This document shows, piece by piece, positions 13,950 to 27,681 of a stretch of 64,000 bases of DNA. Position numbers and translations under genes: made by a program. The notes under the pieces are model-generated. The model was given only the letters and a program-made list of their open reading frames with translations. It was not told the origin of the DNA and made no database searches. Position 1 is the stretch's first letter. Every line of letters begins with the position of its first letter. The stretch lies in NCBI RefSeq assembly GCF_006345805.1, contig NC_043002.1:8618001-8682000 (forward strand). The letters are read 5' to 3'. Source of the DNA: Octopus sinensis. Lineage: Eukaryota.

Positions 13950-14238
13950 CATCCGAACGTGGCAGTTGCCAGCGCCGCCCCAACTGGCTTCCGTGCCGGT
14001 GGCACGTAAAAAGCACCATCCACTCATGGCCATTTGCCAGCCTCGTCTTGCACCTGTGCAGGTGGCACGTAAAAAGCACCCACTACACTCATGGAGTAGT
14101 TGGCATTTGGAAGGGTATCCAGCCGTAGAAACATTGCCAGATCAGACTGGGCCTGGTGCAGCCTTCTAGCTTCCCAGACCCCAGTTGCACCGTCCAACCC
14201 ATGCTAGCATGGAAAGCGGACGCTAAACGATGATGATG
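13950..14238 (+). mobile_element. RTE 3' UTR copy
   Basis: Modules, shared 3' end, tail. Confidence 0.85.
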
Positions 14239-14249
14239 AATAATAATGA

Positions 14250-14735
14250 AATTGTTGTATACAGTGCTCAGGTGCACCACAACTTGTCAAAAGTGCGTAT
14301 AAAGCATATGCAGTAATGTACAAATGTCTGGAAAGTGAACAGTGTATGAGTCAGATACATGATTGTGTGTGTGTATGGAGGGGAGAAAATCAGGTGTAGT
14401 GTTGGTGAATCTCAGGAAGCATGGAAGTTTTGAAGGATGCAGTGCTCCGATAACTAACAACTGATGCCGGCAGTTTGTTCCATGCTTCAGCAACTCTTAG
14501 CGTGAAAAAATGTTTCCGAAAATCATGGAAGGAGCTGTGCTGTTTTCTGACTTTGTAAATATGTCCACGGGTGTTAGACAGGTGGAGTTTGAAAAGGTGC
14601 TCAGAGTTATTGTTTGTAAGATGGTTAATAATTTAATGGGTGTCTGCCAAGTCAGCTGCCAGGCGTCGGAGTTTCAATGTATCCATGCCCAGGGAAGTAT
14701 TTGAGGCAGAATGTAGAAACATGCGTCTTGTTTCT
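14250..14735 (-). mobile_element. CR1-clade LINE 3' end, second copy
   Basis: Reverse complement of 34400-34712, extending further 5'. Confidence 0.85.
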
Positions 14736-15757
14736 TTTTTTCTGTCTGCAATTAGCATTTGTAATAACTAATATTACTTTAGACTGACAACGATAGCAAT
14801 TTATTCGATGAGTATTTCATTCATTAAATTAAGCAATGTACTGAAAGCATAAATTAACAATAAAATCACATAAAATTATATGGAAATTTTAAGGGTGAAC
14901 ACTTTCTTTACTTAGTCTCATCCCTATGTTCTGAATTTAGGAGTACAATAAATTTAGGAAATCGATAGACTACTGATTCAATAGATTATAACCTCTGCCC
15001 TACATAATGTTAGAAATCAATAATGCCATAAAACTTAGGACCTTACAGAATATATTACAGTAACAGTTTTTATCCCACTTGGGGACAAACTTGTCTTCTT
15101 TGTTCTAAAGTTGGATGAATACTAACCAGTAATATACTGGAGATTCATAAAACTGTACCATTGCATCACTTTGGTCAGCAAATATTGACCTTACTGATTT
15201 AAATAAGAAATCAATATTGATTTCTTTTTTGATTAACCACAAGTTCTAATATTTTAAAGGAGAGAAAACAGGATGCATGATGTTAAATCAGGGGTTAAAA
15301 CAGTAGAACTTTCTCAAAAACTTGTTTCTTACTCTACTATCATGAAACTTGACAAGTATCAGAGTGTAATTAATATTATCACTGATGACCCTCAGGTCAA
15401 CCCTAATAAAGTAGACCTATGATGAAATGCAACCCATTTATGACTATCTCATTTATGACTATCCCAGGCGTACCAGGGTCCATTTTTTTAAAGATAGTAA
15501 GGTGGTATTTTGGGAAAATCTGGCTGCTATTTCCACCAACTTGAGTAAACATGCATAGAGCAGGAGTTCTCAACCTTTTCACTATCAAAGATTTTTAGTA
15601 TCAAAGATTTTCCCCATGGACTTGAGAGCTTTGAAAGGTCTGCCTACTCAAGAAATTTTGAATTCAACTCACAAATTCCCAGGATTTCATGGATCCTTAA
15701 CTGGGAACTAGTGATGTAGAGGGTCCACAATTGTTTGCCTGGTATCATTATTTCATT

Positions 15758-16175
15758 CATCATCATCATCATCATCGTTTAATGTCCGCTTTCCATGCTA
15801 GAATGGGTTGGACGATTTTGACTGAGGGCTGGCGAACCAGATGTCTGCACCAGGCTCCAATATTGATTTGGCAGAGTTTCTACAGCTGGATGCCCTTCCT
15901 AACGCCAACCATTCCGAGAGTGTAGTGGGTGTTTTTACGTGCCACCGGCATGGGGCCAGTCAGGCAGTAGTGGCAATGACCTTGCTCAAATCTTTTTATA
16001 CATGCCACCGGCAAAGGTGCCAGTAAGGCGACGTTGGTAACGATCATGCTCGAATGGTGCCCTTTTACGTGCCACTGGCACAGAAGCCAGTTGGTTGCTC
16101 TGGCAATGATCACACTCAGATAGTGCTCTTGGCACCATACTAGCACGGGCACAAGTACCAGTAAGGCGACACTGA
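15758..16175 (-). mobile_element. RTE 3' UTR copy
   Basis: Shared 3' end plus 4 modules. Confidence 0.85.
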
Positions 16176-16921
16176 AAGCATGAATATCTTACAACTACGT
16201 TTCTCTACACCATGTGTAGCAGAGTGGTTAATTAATGATATCATTTTACTATTAAACTTGAAAAGCCATTACCAAGTTAATTAAATGTAAGTCAGTCTCT
16301 GTTTAAGATAGGGAGGATACTCTCTAATTAACAAAAGAAATTCTTTTTCAAAGAATATTCATGGAAACAAGAACTGGTTACTATGGTGAATGAACTCTTG
16401 GAGACAAAAACAGAATCCTGTACTTTCTCATTTTGTAAGCTATGATATTAAATGAAATAGGGCTAGAAAAAAAAAAGTCAATTTATAAATGTTGTGCATT
16501 TAATCAATAAAATATAAAAGAGCTGTTTGTTCTAAATTTTCTTTCCATTCACATAGATTAATGGATATTAAAGAAATAGGATTATTATAATTCTCACTTT
16601 TATGTGAATATTTAAATGGAAAGGGAAAAAATGTCTTGCATTGTTTGTTGCTTTTCATTGTTGTGGCATCAGAAGCATTGTGATGGAACTATTTAGAATA
16701 GTGATTAGTCCCACCCCTGCCCCCACTGAACCAAGTCAGCATTTCATTTTTGATTTCCCACAAGGTTCATTTATTCTTTACTTTATGCTTCATGCTGATC
16801 AGCCTGTAAATTCGGTTCGATTTAATAGCTTTAAAGCTTAGTGTTTGTTAAGTTAACTTGCCCTTGACATTTGATTTTAAAAAGATGCAATGGCAGTACT
16901 CTAAAGTCACCACTGATATTC

Positions 16922-17158
16922 ACATCATCATCATCATCGTTTAACATCCGTTTTCCGTGCTAGCATGGGTTGGACGGTTCAACCGGGGTCTGGGAAGCGA
17001 GGAGGCTGCACCAGGCTCCAGTCTGATCTGGCAGTGTTTCTACCCTTCCTAATGCCAACCACTCCATGAGTGTAGTGGATGCTTTTTACGTGCCACCGGC
17101 AGAGAGGCCAGACGAGGCTGGCAAATAGCCACGATCGGTTGGTGCTTTTACATGTCAC

Positions 17159-17204
<46 letters not shown>

Positions 17205-17392
17205 TAGATATCATCATCATCATCGTTTAACATCCGTTTTCCACGATGGCATGATGGTTTGACTGGGGACTGGCAAGCCAGGAGGCTGCACCAGGCTCCA
17301 GTCTGATCTGGCAGTGTTTCTACAGCTGGATGCCCTTCCTAACGCCAACCACTCTGTGAGTGTAGTGGGTACTTTTTGCGTGCCACCGGCAC
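16922..17392 (-). mobile_element. Two head-to-tail RTE 3' UTR copies separated by (AT)n
   Basis: 16922-17160 and 17211-17392. Confidence 0.85.
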
Positions 17393-17987
17393 CTATAAAT
17401 ATATAATTCACATTATATATTTATAGGTGTCATTGTATAGGATTACAACCTTACAGAAATAACAGCAAGACATCTTCCAAAACTACTCTTATAAAAAATA
17501 AAGGAAAAGATATATGAATAAAAGAGTTCTATATATCATACACCCAGGAAAAAGGTAGTCATGGCTGGATTCAGCTTTGATCACTGGTCTGTTCAATTAG
17601 TGTTACCCAAAGGTTAAACAACAAAATTATTCTCTTCCAAAATTTTTACAAGAACTATAGAGTAAGTAAGGCGAAGCAGCTGGGTTATTAGCGAATCTTC
17701 TGCTATTTGTCCCATAATTTGGGTCCTTCACGTGTAGTACCACCCCAGACCAGTGTGGATAGATTAATAGTGTTTTGGTGAGAATGGAGAAGAGTAATTC
17801 CATTTTATCCAAAGTGAGTTGGAATCTCACCACCAAATGCAGTCTTAAGAAATATGTGTGTGTGTGTTTTAATAGAACAGCCCACAGAAGGACTAATGTG
17901 CAGGATACAATATAGAACAGAAACCATGAAGCAATACTATCTGTTAGAGGTTATTTACTTTTACAGTCGAAGTTGAAATCAAACTCG

Positions 17988-18449
17988 GTGACTGGCATCT
18001 GTTGCTAGTGGAGCACTAAGAGTACCATACGAGTGAGATCGTTGCCAGAGCAACAAGCTGGCCTTGTGCCGATGGCACGTTAAAAACACCTTTCGAGCGT
18101 GATAGTTACCGCGTCGCCTTACTAGCACTTGTGCTGGTGGCACATGAAACATTCGAGCGAGGTCGTCGCCAGTGCCGCTGGAGTGGCTCCTGTGCAGGTG
18201 TCATGTAAAAAGCATCATTTGGGCATGGCCGTTGCCAGTACCACCAAACTGACCCTCGTGCTGGTGGTACATAAAAGCACCCACTACAATCTCGGAGTGG
18301 TTGGCGTTAGGAAGGGCATCCAGCTGTAGAAACACTGCCAGATCAGATTGGAGTCTGGTTCGCCAGACCTCAGTCAAATCGTCCAACCCATGCTAGCATG
18401 GAAAGCAGACGTTAAATGGTGATGATGATGATGATGATGATGATGATGA
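17988..18449 (+). mobile_element. RTE 3' UTR copy
   Basis: Modules, shared 3' end, long (gat)n. Confidence 0.85.
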
Positions 18450-18659
18450 GTGCTACACTGTTCAAAGTTCAAACCTTTCCAGAGATGGCTTTTTCCTCAT
18501 GTGTGTGCTGGGGGAAATAATAACAAATAATAAACTGAGATTAATTCAAATGACTACAATCTAATTTTTTCTGAGAACATTTTAAGTCATATGTCTAGAT
18601 AAAAGATATGCAACAAAACCTTCATAAGATAGAAACTCGAATGTAATCAATCATCACAT

Positions 18660-18860
18660 TTAACCATTTTGTTACTGTATTTATTTTGAGATGCTCTGTG
18701 TTTCTTTCAATTATTTTAAATATAACAAAGAATTTAGTAAAATAACTTAGTTATCATTAAGCTGGTGTTAGGAACATAAATTGTGACTAAGGTTTGGTGG
18801 AAGATTTTAATTCAAAACTTATGGAAACAAGACATTTTACCACAGAGCCAGGTTAGTATT
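18660..18860. mobile_element. piggyBac-like MITE family B, opposite orientation
   Basis: Reverse-complement similarity to 31754-31975. Confidence 0.7.
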
Positions 18861-20481
18861 AACTTATAACATTCTAAAATATCTTGTTTCTCCACAACAG
18901 AATATTCTACAAATCTCATGAAGGTTTCCATTCTTAAAAGACAAATATGAGAAAGTATTTTAGGAATAAAAGAATGGATTTAAAAAGAGAGATGATACAT
19001 TTTTTTTCTTTTTAGTTTTTAGCAAAAAGGTGGATGAGAAATTTTAGTTTCTCCGGCAAGTGCAAACATATAAAAGAAACACATTTCACATGACCCTGAA
19101 CTTTTAGCAGACATTTAAGCATTCTAGTAACAATATTCATTTTATTGGTACTTTAGTTCGCAGCCCCAACCAACACTTACACACCTTCTAACACACCTTC
19201 CAAGTTATGTATTGATCATCTGTTATGTTTAAAATCAATAAGTGCAATGTTGCTTATGGCCTTCTAACACCACTCAAGAACGCTGCAGACACAACACTAA
19301 GAATAAAGTAAATGTTTGTTGACATGCACAAATGCTATGAGATAATATCTCAACACTGACTTTAGTTATTCGAACAAGAAATTAAAAGGAAAGAAAATGT
19401 CTCAGACACCACACCCATTCTGTTTTTTTGTTTTTTTTAGCCAACAAAACATAAAGAAGAAAAATAGCTAATTTTCGAGAGGAATATATTGCAATTATGC
19501 ATAAAAATTTAATCATTTAAAAAATACATTTATATCACTGAATATATTTTATCAACATTTTTTCCTTTTTAATATTTTTCAGTTTGATTTTCATTTAGTG
19601 ACTGCTTCCCTACCACATAGTTTCAGGTTCATCTTAGACAAGTGTTGCTTTTTTTTTTTATGTTAAAGCTCTGAGCCAGTCCAGGCCTTTTGGATGGATT
19701 TAGTAGAAGGAAAGAACTCTCTCTTTCTCTCGCTCTCTCTGCATGTGCATGCACACTTGTATTTCATTGTTTTGACATCAAACAAATAGCAATGGGTGCC
19801 ACTGTCATACAAGTAATGCCGTTCATTTCCACTAGTCTGCAAAACATGTCTGGATATGGGGAAACAAGAGACGGCTGGCAGCAAGAAGTGCTGTAGAAAA
19901 TCTACATTGGAAAACACTATCTAACCCATGCAAGCATAGAAAAGTGGATGTTAAATGATGAAAAAGACAATTATGATTAACTCGAAGTAAAACAATAAAC
20001 AATGGCCAGACAGCCATAATAAAACATCTTCATAAACATTGGATAACTGTAATAATAAGATACTAAATTTTATCTATAACTGTAATCTAGAAATTAGTGA
20101 GGAAAATATAGTTGTTATGAATGTATTAAAGTATCCTTCATATAAAGCATTTGTTTATTCACTGAATTCAACTGTTTCTCCTCAAGAATCAATCAAATTT
20201 AGTTATGCTCTTTTGAAGCAAGCTGAATTCCAATTTCATGTTTCAAATTGATAACATAGAATCATCAAAAAGTAAAATTCATATCAATGCTATCCAATCT
20301 TTCATCAATTTTCTTCAAAGATTTTGACCAATTTTCTAAAGACTAATACTCTGCTTAACCTCTTTATCTGCAGCTCTTCTCTCTATTTTCACAAATCTAA
20401 AATCTACGCAATTCCAGCATTCTATAAATGATCTCATTCATATACTCAAGATAGCTAAAATACAGAAGTATTTTTAAGAAG

Positions 20482-20842
20482 CATCATCATCATCATCATC
20501 ATCGTTTAACGTCCGCTTTCCACGCTAGCATAGGTTGGATGAATGACTGAGGGCTGGCGAACCAGACGGCTGCACCAGTCTCCAATCTTGATCTGACAGA
20601 GTTTCTACAGCTAGATGCCCTTCTTAACACCAACCACTCCGAGAGTGTAGTGGGTGCTTTTACGTGCCACCGGCACGGGGCCAGTCAGGCAGTACTGACA
20701 ATGACCTCGCTCGAATCTTTTTACACATGTCACCGGCACAGATGCCAGTAAGGCGACGTTGGTAACGATCACACTCGAATGGTGCCCTTTTATGTACCAC
20801 TGGCATGGAAGCCGGTTAACCGCTCTGTCAACGATCACCATG
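20482..20842 (-). mobile_element. RTE 3' UTR copy
   Basis: Shared 3' end plus modules. Confidence 0.85.
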
Positions 20843-21833
20843 CTTGAGAAGAAGCATCCATAAGAGAATATAATGAAATTATTTTCTGGATTATTCTGAA
20901 AGAAATAGTACAGAAATAATCTAGTCTCTTACTACTTATAGATTATCTATCAGCACACACACACACACAAAACAACAACAAAAAGGACCACATGAAGTAT
21001 GCGTCAAGAATGGGATACTGCATGACAAGATGTGCAAAAGGTCAGAGAGAAATTAGAACTGTATTGGACATAATCTGTTGATTTGAATGCTATCTTGTTT
21101 TAGAATATTGCTGTTTATCCCCAGGTCAGCTTTGGCCGAGCAAGCTTGTGGTCAAAGGGGTTTCAGCCATAACCATCATATATCTTTTACCTATCAGTGA
21201 CTGTAGTCTAACGTGTCATTCCTTTTTTTAAGATGATGGAGTGTAATTAGGGTGTATTAACTGCTATTTCTAGCAGATCAAGCAAATGTGTAGATATTCA
21301 TTAACCTGTGGCTGAGAGGAGAGATATGCTTTTTCATATTGACTATAATACTAGGAACACGTACAGTTGCCATTTAAGAAATGTTTTCTCGTACACAAAC
21401 AGTTTTATCCATCAAATTCCTGCCAGTAGGTATCGGTCAAGTGAAGGCTGTAGCAGAAAATGCTTGTCCAAAGTTACACACAGTGGAGCCAACACAACTA
21501 CAAAGTGAGCTCCTTAATCACAAAACCCTTCCTCCCCACTTCTCTCTCCCTCCCCTCCTTCCCTCCCTACCTGGCCATATTCAGAGGATGAGTCTGAATT
21601 ACTGTTAGTCTAAAAGTTCGACGTTTGTTTCATCAAGGATGCAGATTTACCTTTGTGGTGAAAACATTTAAGGAGCGATGACTAACCCTTACTAACTGTG
21701 AATAGGGAGATACAATTTACCAATGCAAGCAGAAAGGATAATGTTGTTTATCTCCTGAGTCAATCCTGACTGCACAGATCTGTGATCAAAGGTATTCCAG
21801 TAATGACCATCCTGTCTTTCAAAGGGTACACTC

Positions 21834-22027
21834 TCTCTTTTACTTGTTTCAGTCATGTGACTGTAGCTATGCTGGAGCACCGCCCTTGGTCGAGCAAATT
21901 GACCCCAGGACTTATTCTTTGTAAGCCTAGTACTTATTCTATCGGTCTCTTTTGCCGAATCGCTAGGATACGGGGACGTAAACACACCAGCATTGAACGT
22001 CAAGCGATGTTGGGGGGACAAACATAT

Positions 22028-22084
<57 letters not shown>

Positions 22085-22248
22085 ATACACGACAGGCTTC
22101 TTTCAGTTTCCGTCTACCAAATCCACTCACCAGGCTTTGGTCGGCTTGAGGCTATAGTAGAAGACACTTGCCCAAGGTGCCACGCAGTGGGACTGAACTC
22201 GGAACCATGTGGTTGGTAAGCAAGCTACTTACCACACAGCCACTCCTA
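21834..22248 (-). mobile_element. SINE family 1
   Basis: Reverse complement, full length. Confidence 0.9.
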
Positions 22249-22559
22249 CGGTATGTAGCCCAAAATAATTTTATGTAGTATTTTAGTATAAGAGATTTAG
22301 TAGTTTGAACACATTGAGTGAACGTAGTGAGGATCCTAGCATTCTTGAAAAAGAGAGTATTAGGGTGTTGTACACTTCACAACTGAAGAGTATTTAATTT
22401 GCTTCCAATGTGGGTCAAAATCCTATTATAGACTGGAGAGGACACTGGAACCTACATCAATGTTTGACAAGCACTGGTAAGATTATATTTTGCTGAGAAG
22501 GTCTAATGACACTGAAGCATTTGGCATTGCCAGTCACCTTACAAAAGATCAGAACCTAT

Positions 22560-22981
22560 GGATCTTTTCAGTTTGAACGGCAGTTTTTAACATAATTTCT
22601 AGGTAACTAAACACTTTTAAACTTCGTATACTGGTAGAATGTGTTTATAAAACATCTTTTTCTTTTGGCTTTATTGAGAAAATTCTATAGTTTGTAAGAT
22701 ATTTGTTGCTTTTTTTCTTCAATTTCTGCAATTTCAACCAATCAATTACGTCTATTGAGTTAAAAAGCATTCTGTGCCATATGAATATGTCCCTCGTTTA
22801 AGAAACAGATTGGATTTACTTACATTTCTAAAGAAAAAAAAAGATACCCTTCCCCCACCCCTAACCAACCCTAACCCTAAAAGAGATTGAAATGCAATAG
22901 ATCGATTCTAGGGTCATAATTATGGGTGACAATTTCATATGACACTGCTAGAAAAAACTGCCGTTCAAAACGAAAAGATCC
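22560..22981. mobile_element. MITE with 8-bp TSD (Merlin- or hAT-like), copy 2
   Basis: Collinear with 13273-13684; perfect TSD gaacctat on both sides. Confidence 0.9.
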
Positions 22982-23269
22982 GAACCTATCCCACCTCACA
23001 GCATTTCCACTTTCAACTTTTCAATTAATTTTCATTAAAATTCCAAAATTGTCTCCTCATTTTTTTTCCAGCAGAATCAGCCATTAAGCTAATGACATCT
23101 TTCCTCTTCATTACAGATGCAATTTTAATTAACTAAAAGCTTTGGGCCACTAGATTAAGCATGTTAGCCCCAACTTAACTATTTACCCTAATTTTGAAAG
23201 ACTCCCTCTGAGAGCCACGAGACAATAATGTTGTGACCTTGTTGTGTATAAGCAACAGTGTGGCGTTGG

Positions 23270-23600
23270 ACTTGTTCTATTAGCCTACTTTACAAGGTAT
23301 CCTCACATACCTTAATCATGATTCATCTGAGAGACCCAACATTCTCATGTCTACCTTTACTTTTTCCCATGTTTCTTTATTCTTCACCTGCCACAGTTAC
23401 TTTCCATTCTTAGCATGCTACACATTTTATCTAGCACTCATCATCCATTCATGAAATACATACACACCAGAACAATTGTCTCATCTACATACTTCAGCTG
23501 ATACTATCATCCTCCAACGGCTGCCTTAGCCTCTCCTCTTCGCTTTCCATTCCAGCCAATGGCCTCAAGTTCACTGACTGTTTGGTTGCCATGGAATCAC
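23270..23600 (-). mobile_element. Old RTE LINE remnant
   Basis: Broken frames with MDDEC and ETWEKVKVDMRMLGLSDE. Confidence 0.5.
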
Positions 23601-24321
23601 ACTGCTCACACATATTACACAATATAACATTTCTATGCAGAGAGAATCTTGTATTATAGGAAACTGGATTTCTTTCTTAAATTTCTTCTTCCTTCGATAT
23701 TACATTCTAAACGTTACAAAACATCAGAAGCCAAAGAGATTCACTAACCTTTTTAAACTAAGCAGCTACACTAGTCAGACATTCTTAAAGCATTCACTGG
23801 CCATCAATTTTATTTAAGATTCACTCTCCTTTACGGTAACTTTATTAGCTGCCCTGTCACAATACAAACCTTCCTAATTACTCTCTGTCAACGTAGCAGT
23901 TTCTCTGATGATACTTGGACATATTGTCCTCTACTGCTAATTGATTCTTTCAAGTCCTTCACTCATGCTTTCTCTTCTAAACAGGTTTACAATGAATGAG
24001 CAAGCAGACTAATGATTTAATCCTGCAAGCTTTACAGAATCTAAATCACAGCAACTCAAAGTTCCAAAATGGAACCAAATTAGTAACCCAGTAATTGCCA
24101 ATTCTCTTCATCTGGGCCAACATTTTTCAAAAGAAGCATCAAATACATTTTGTATTTTTGTTTTCCTTCACAATAAAATTATCTTTATGTATATATTTGT
24201 TTTTGAACTATGGACAAAACCAGTTACATTACGCAAAAACCCTTTCAGTCATCTAAAAGTACCAATACATCCTAGTCCAAACACAGTACCACTGAAACTG
24301 TATTAGTGACCATATCACAGT

Positions 24322-24580
24322 TCATCATCATCATCATCATCATCATCATTTAATGTCCGTTTTCCATGCTAGCATGGGTTGGATGGTTCGACTGGGGTCT
24401 GGGAAGCCAGGAGGCTGCACCAGGCTCAGTCTGATCTGGCAGTGTATCTACAGCTGGATGCCCTTCCTAACGCCAACCACTCCATGAGTGTAGTGGGTGC
24501 TTTTTACATGCCACCGGCACAGGTGCCAGGCGAGGCTGGCAACAGCCACGATTGGTTGCTGCTTTTTACGTGCCACGTGT
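24322..24580 (-). mobile_element. RTE 3' UTR copy
   Basis: Shared 3' end plus modules. Confidence 0.85.
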
Positions 24581-26177
24581 GATGAAAATGTTGATGCTTC
24601 AAGAAATAAGTGAAGAGTAAATTTTACAATTTTTTGTTAATTTTCAGATTACTATATAGCTCTTCCATGATACATTTCAGCTTCAACTTGCCAGACAAGA
24701 ACAACATCAAAGCATGGATGGAACATAAATGGAAATTGCAAACTTTGTATAACTTTTTCAATATTAACTTTGTCAAATAAGATAACCATTTATTTACTTC
24801 TAATGCAGACTATTTGGTTATTGAGAATGCCGATTCCCAAAACTTATTTGTTTATTGGAATACTGAAAATTTCACTTTCATATAGCTTGACAGAGTCCAT
24901 TCCTCTCTACAATATACTTCATCACAGGATTTGGTAAGTAACCTTTACATGGTCACCCAATCTACTAGAAATAGTTGACAGATCTCACAGTTTGTGATCT
25001 TAATGAGGAACAATCCATGGGACAATATAGTCCTAATTGTACTATATCAGAATAAAATGTGATGGTTATGGCTACAATGCCTCAAATCCTAAAGAGTAGG
25101 GGGTCAAGTGACTTGGAAATGAAGGACTTTTCCAAGGAGTAAGGAGCTGGGTGATTGCTGTTGAATTATTTTCAACCACCCCTAATCAACCTTGAAATAG
25201 TAAGTTCAAAACAAAAACAAAAACATATAAACAATTACTTAGTAGGTTTATATTAATAAGATATTTATAATTATGTATAAAAACCAAGAAATAAATCTAT
25301 GTAGATATGTTTACAATATTATGCATGTATTAACTTACAGAGTCTGTAGGAGTTATCTATCAATGTGAAATACATTCATAAGAAAAGATATCGCTATTTA
25401 TTCAGCTAAGTCATTTACAGATGTTTGCTTCGGAGAGATATACATTCCAAATTTTATATAAACACACATTCATTTTGCAATTACTTTACACTTCAAAGAT
25501 ACACCCTCTTTTTCCCTCTTCTCCAAATAAAGAACTTCCTGATCACAGAATACACTACTGAGATTGAAGATAAATCTACTGAAGGAAATAAGTATGTAGT
25601 CGTTTCTATATGTACGTTCATGAATGTCCAATTGTGTGTGTGTGTGCGTGTGTGTGTGTGCGTGTGTGTGTGTGTGTGTGCATGTGTGTGTGTGTGCATG
25701 TGCATGTGTGTGTGCGTGCATGTGTGTGTGTGCATTCACATCATGCATGTGTATAATCTGCACCTCTATGCAATGGCATCTATACACACAGCAAGTAATC
25801 ATATAAACGTATACAAGATGCTTTATTTAGCATGCTGTTATTAGAATTGTGCCAACTTCAAAGAAGAAGAAAATTTGTTGAAAATAACTGATGAAATATT
25901 AAAAAAAAAAAAAAGCTAATGCTAAGAAAAGAAAAATGGGACGAATTTAGAAGTTGAGAAAGAGTGAACCTGATTGCTTGAGAATAAAGATCCAGAAATG
26001 GAGGCGAGGGAAATGCATTGTAATAATGTGGTAGACATAGCATCAAAAGTTAATCATTTCACGAATCACAATAGATTTACTGACTCAGTATTTGACTGTG
26101 GACTGTACAATGGCAAAAGTGGATTGAAGACAAATCTCTATAAGTCTTTCACAAGTAATTTTCTCAGAAAACACAGT

Positions 26178-27060
26178 ACCTACTTTCATTACTACCCACA
26201 AGAGACTAAACACAGAGAGGACAAACAAGGATAGACAAAGGGATTAAGTCGGTTATATCGACCCCAGTGTGTAACTGGTACTTAATTTATTGACCCGCAA
26301 GGCTTTGATTGGATCAGGGTCAGAATAGAAGACACCTGGACAAGGTACCATGCAGTGGGACTGAACTCAATACCGTGTGGTTGGGAGGGAAATTTTTTAA
26401 CTACACAGCCATGTCTGACATTGCACAACAGTTTTAAGTGAGATCACCATCATACAAATGTGCTTTCTGTTTTCAATCTTCCATAAACACATCATGCATA
26501 CCAATGGGTAAATATCAATTTAGTTTGAAACAGGTGAGGTGACAGGTAGAAAATCTGCCTTGATGAATTCTGTCTGACCCATGCAAGCATAGAAAAGTGC
26601 ATATCAAAACGATGATAATGATGATAATTATATACATATATATATTTCTTTACTATCCACAAGGGGCTAAACACAGAGAGGACAAACAAGGACAGACAAA
26701 CGGATTAAGTCAATTATATTGACCCCAGTGCTAAACTGGTACTTAATTTATCGACCCCGAAAGGATGAAAGGCAAAGTTAACCTCAGTGAAATTTGAACT
26801 CAGAACGTAGCGGCAGACAAAATACCTATTTCTTTACTACCCACAAGGGGCTAAACACAGAGGGGACAAACAAGGACAGACAAACGGATTAAGTCGATTA
26901 TGTCGACCCCAGTGCGTAACTGGTACTTAATTTATTGACCCCGAAAGGATGAAAGGCAAAGTCGACCTCGGCGGAATTTGAACTCAGAACATTATGGCAG
27001 ACGAAATACGGCTACGCATTTCGCCCGGCGTGCTAACATTTCTGCCAGCTCACTGCCTTA
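26178..27060 (-). mobile_element. Tandem tRNA-derived SINE family 2 (Nin-domain-like) with 16-bp TSD and inserted copied segment
   Basis: Units 27060-26828, 26827-26645 and 26296-26185; agaaaacacagtacct at both ends. Confidence 0.88.
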
Positions 27061-27070
27061 AGAAAACACA

Positions 27071-27127
27071 GTACCTCTTCTGCAGTAGGTACCTCTTCTG
27101 CAGTAGGTACCTCTTCTGCAGTAGGTA
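27071..27127. repeat. 18-bp tandem repeat x3
   Basis: gtacctcttctgcagtag three times. Confidence 0.95.
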
Positions 27128-27461
27128 AACTGAAGCAAACAATGTAAAGAGCTGTGTTAAGAGATAGGCTAGAATATCTCTAGTCTGTAATCCAACACCT
27201 AACTGATTGTTGTTTTTGTTTAGCCCAGGTCAGTTTTGACTGAGTAGACCAATGATTGAAAGAGTTCTAGTCTTGACCATCCCATTTTTTAGGTACAAAG
27301 GCTCATTGGTTAATGCAGTGTGTTAGACGTCGTATTAAGAACTTCATTATCCGATATGTCTTTTTTTTTTGTTTTAGAAAGAAGAGTACACTTTGAGGGA
27401 AATTTAGTTGTAATTTCTAGAAAACCAAATGACCACACAAAGGTTCTCCTCATCGGCTTAA

Positions 27462-27681
27462 CCCTATAGTGTTCGCATTATTCTGCCAAAATTAATGCTT
27501 CTTCATCCACATTGTTTTGAACTAATCATGCATTATCTTGTAGCGATGAAATTTTGATGAGGTAACTGTTGTTTTTTAAATGATATTGTAGGGTTGGTGT
27601 GAGAGACCAGATCTGACCAATTTGACCATAAAACAGGCAGAATACTTCTGGCCGGATATAACCGGTTTGAATGCTAAAGGG
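27462..27681. mobile_element. piggyBac-like MITE, family A
   Basis: ttaa|ccctatag ... ctaaaggg|ttaa. Confidence 0.8.

Noticed and set aside
20030-20460. Broken coiled-coil-like frame on the minus strand
   Set aside because: Many stops, no identifiable motif.
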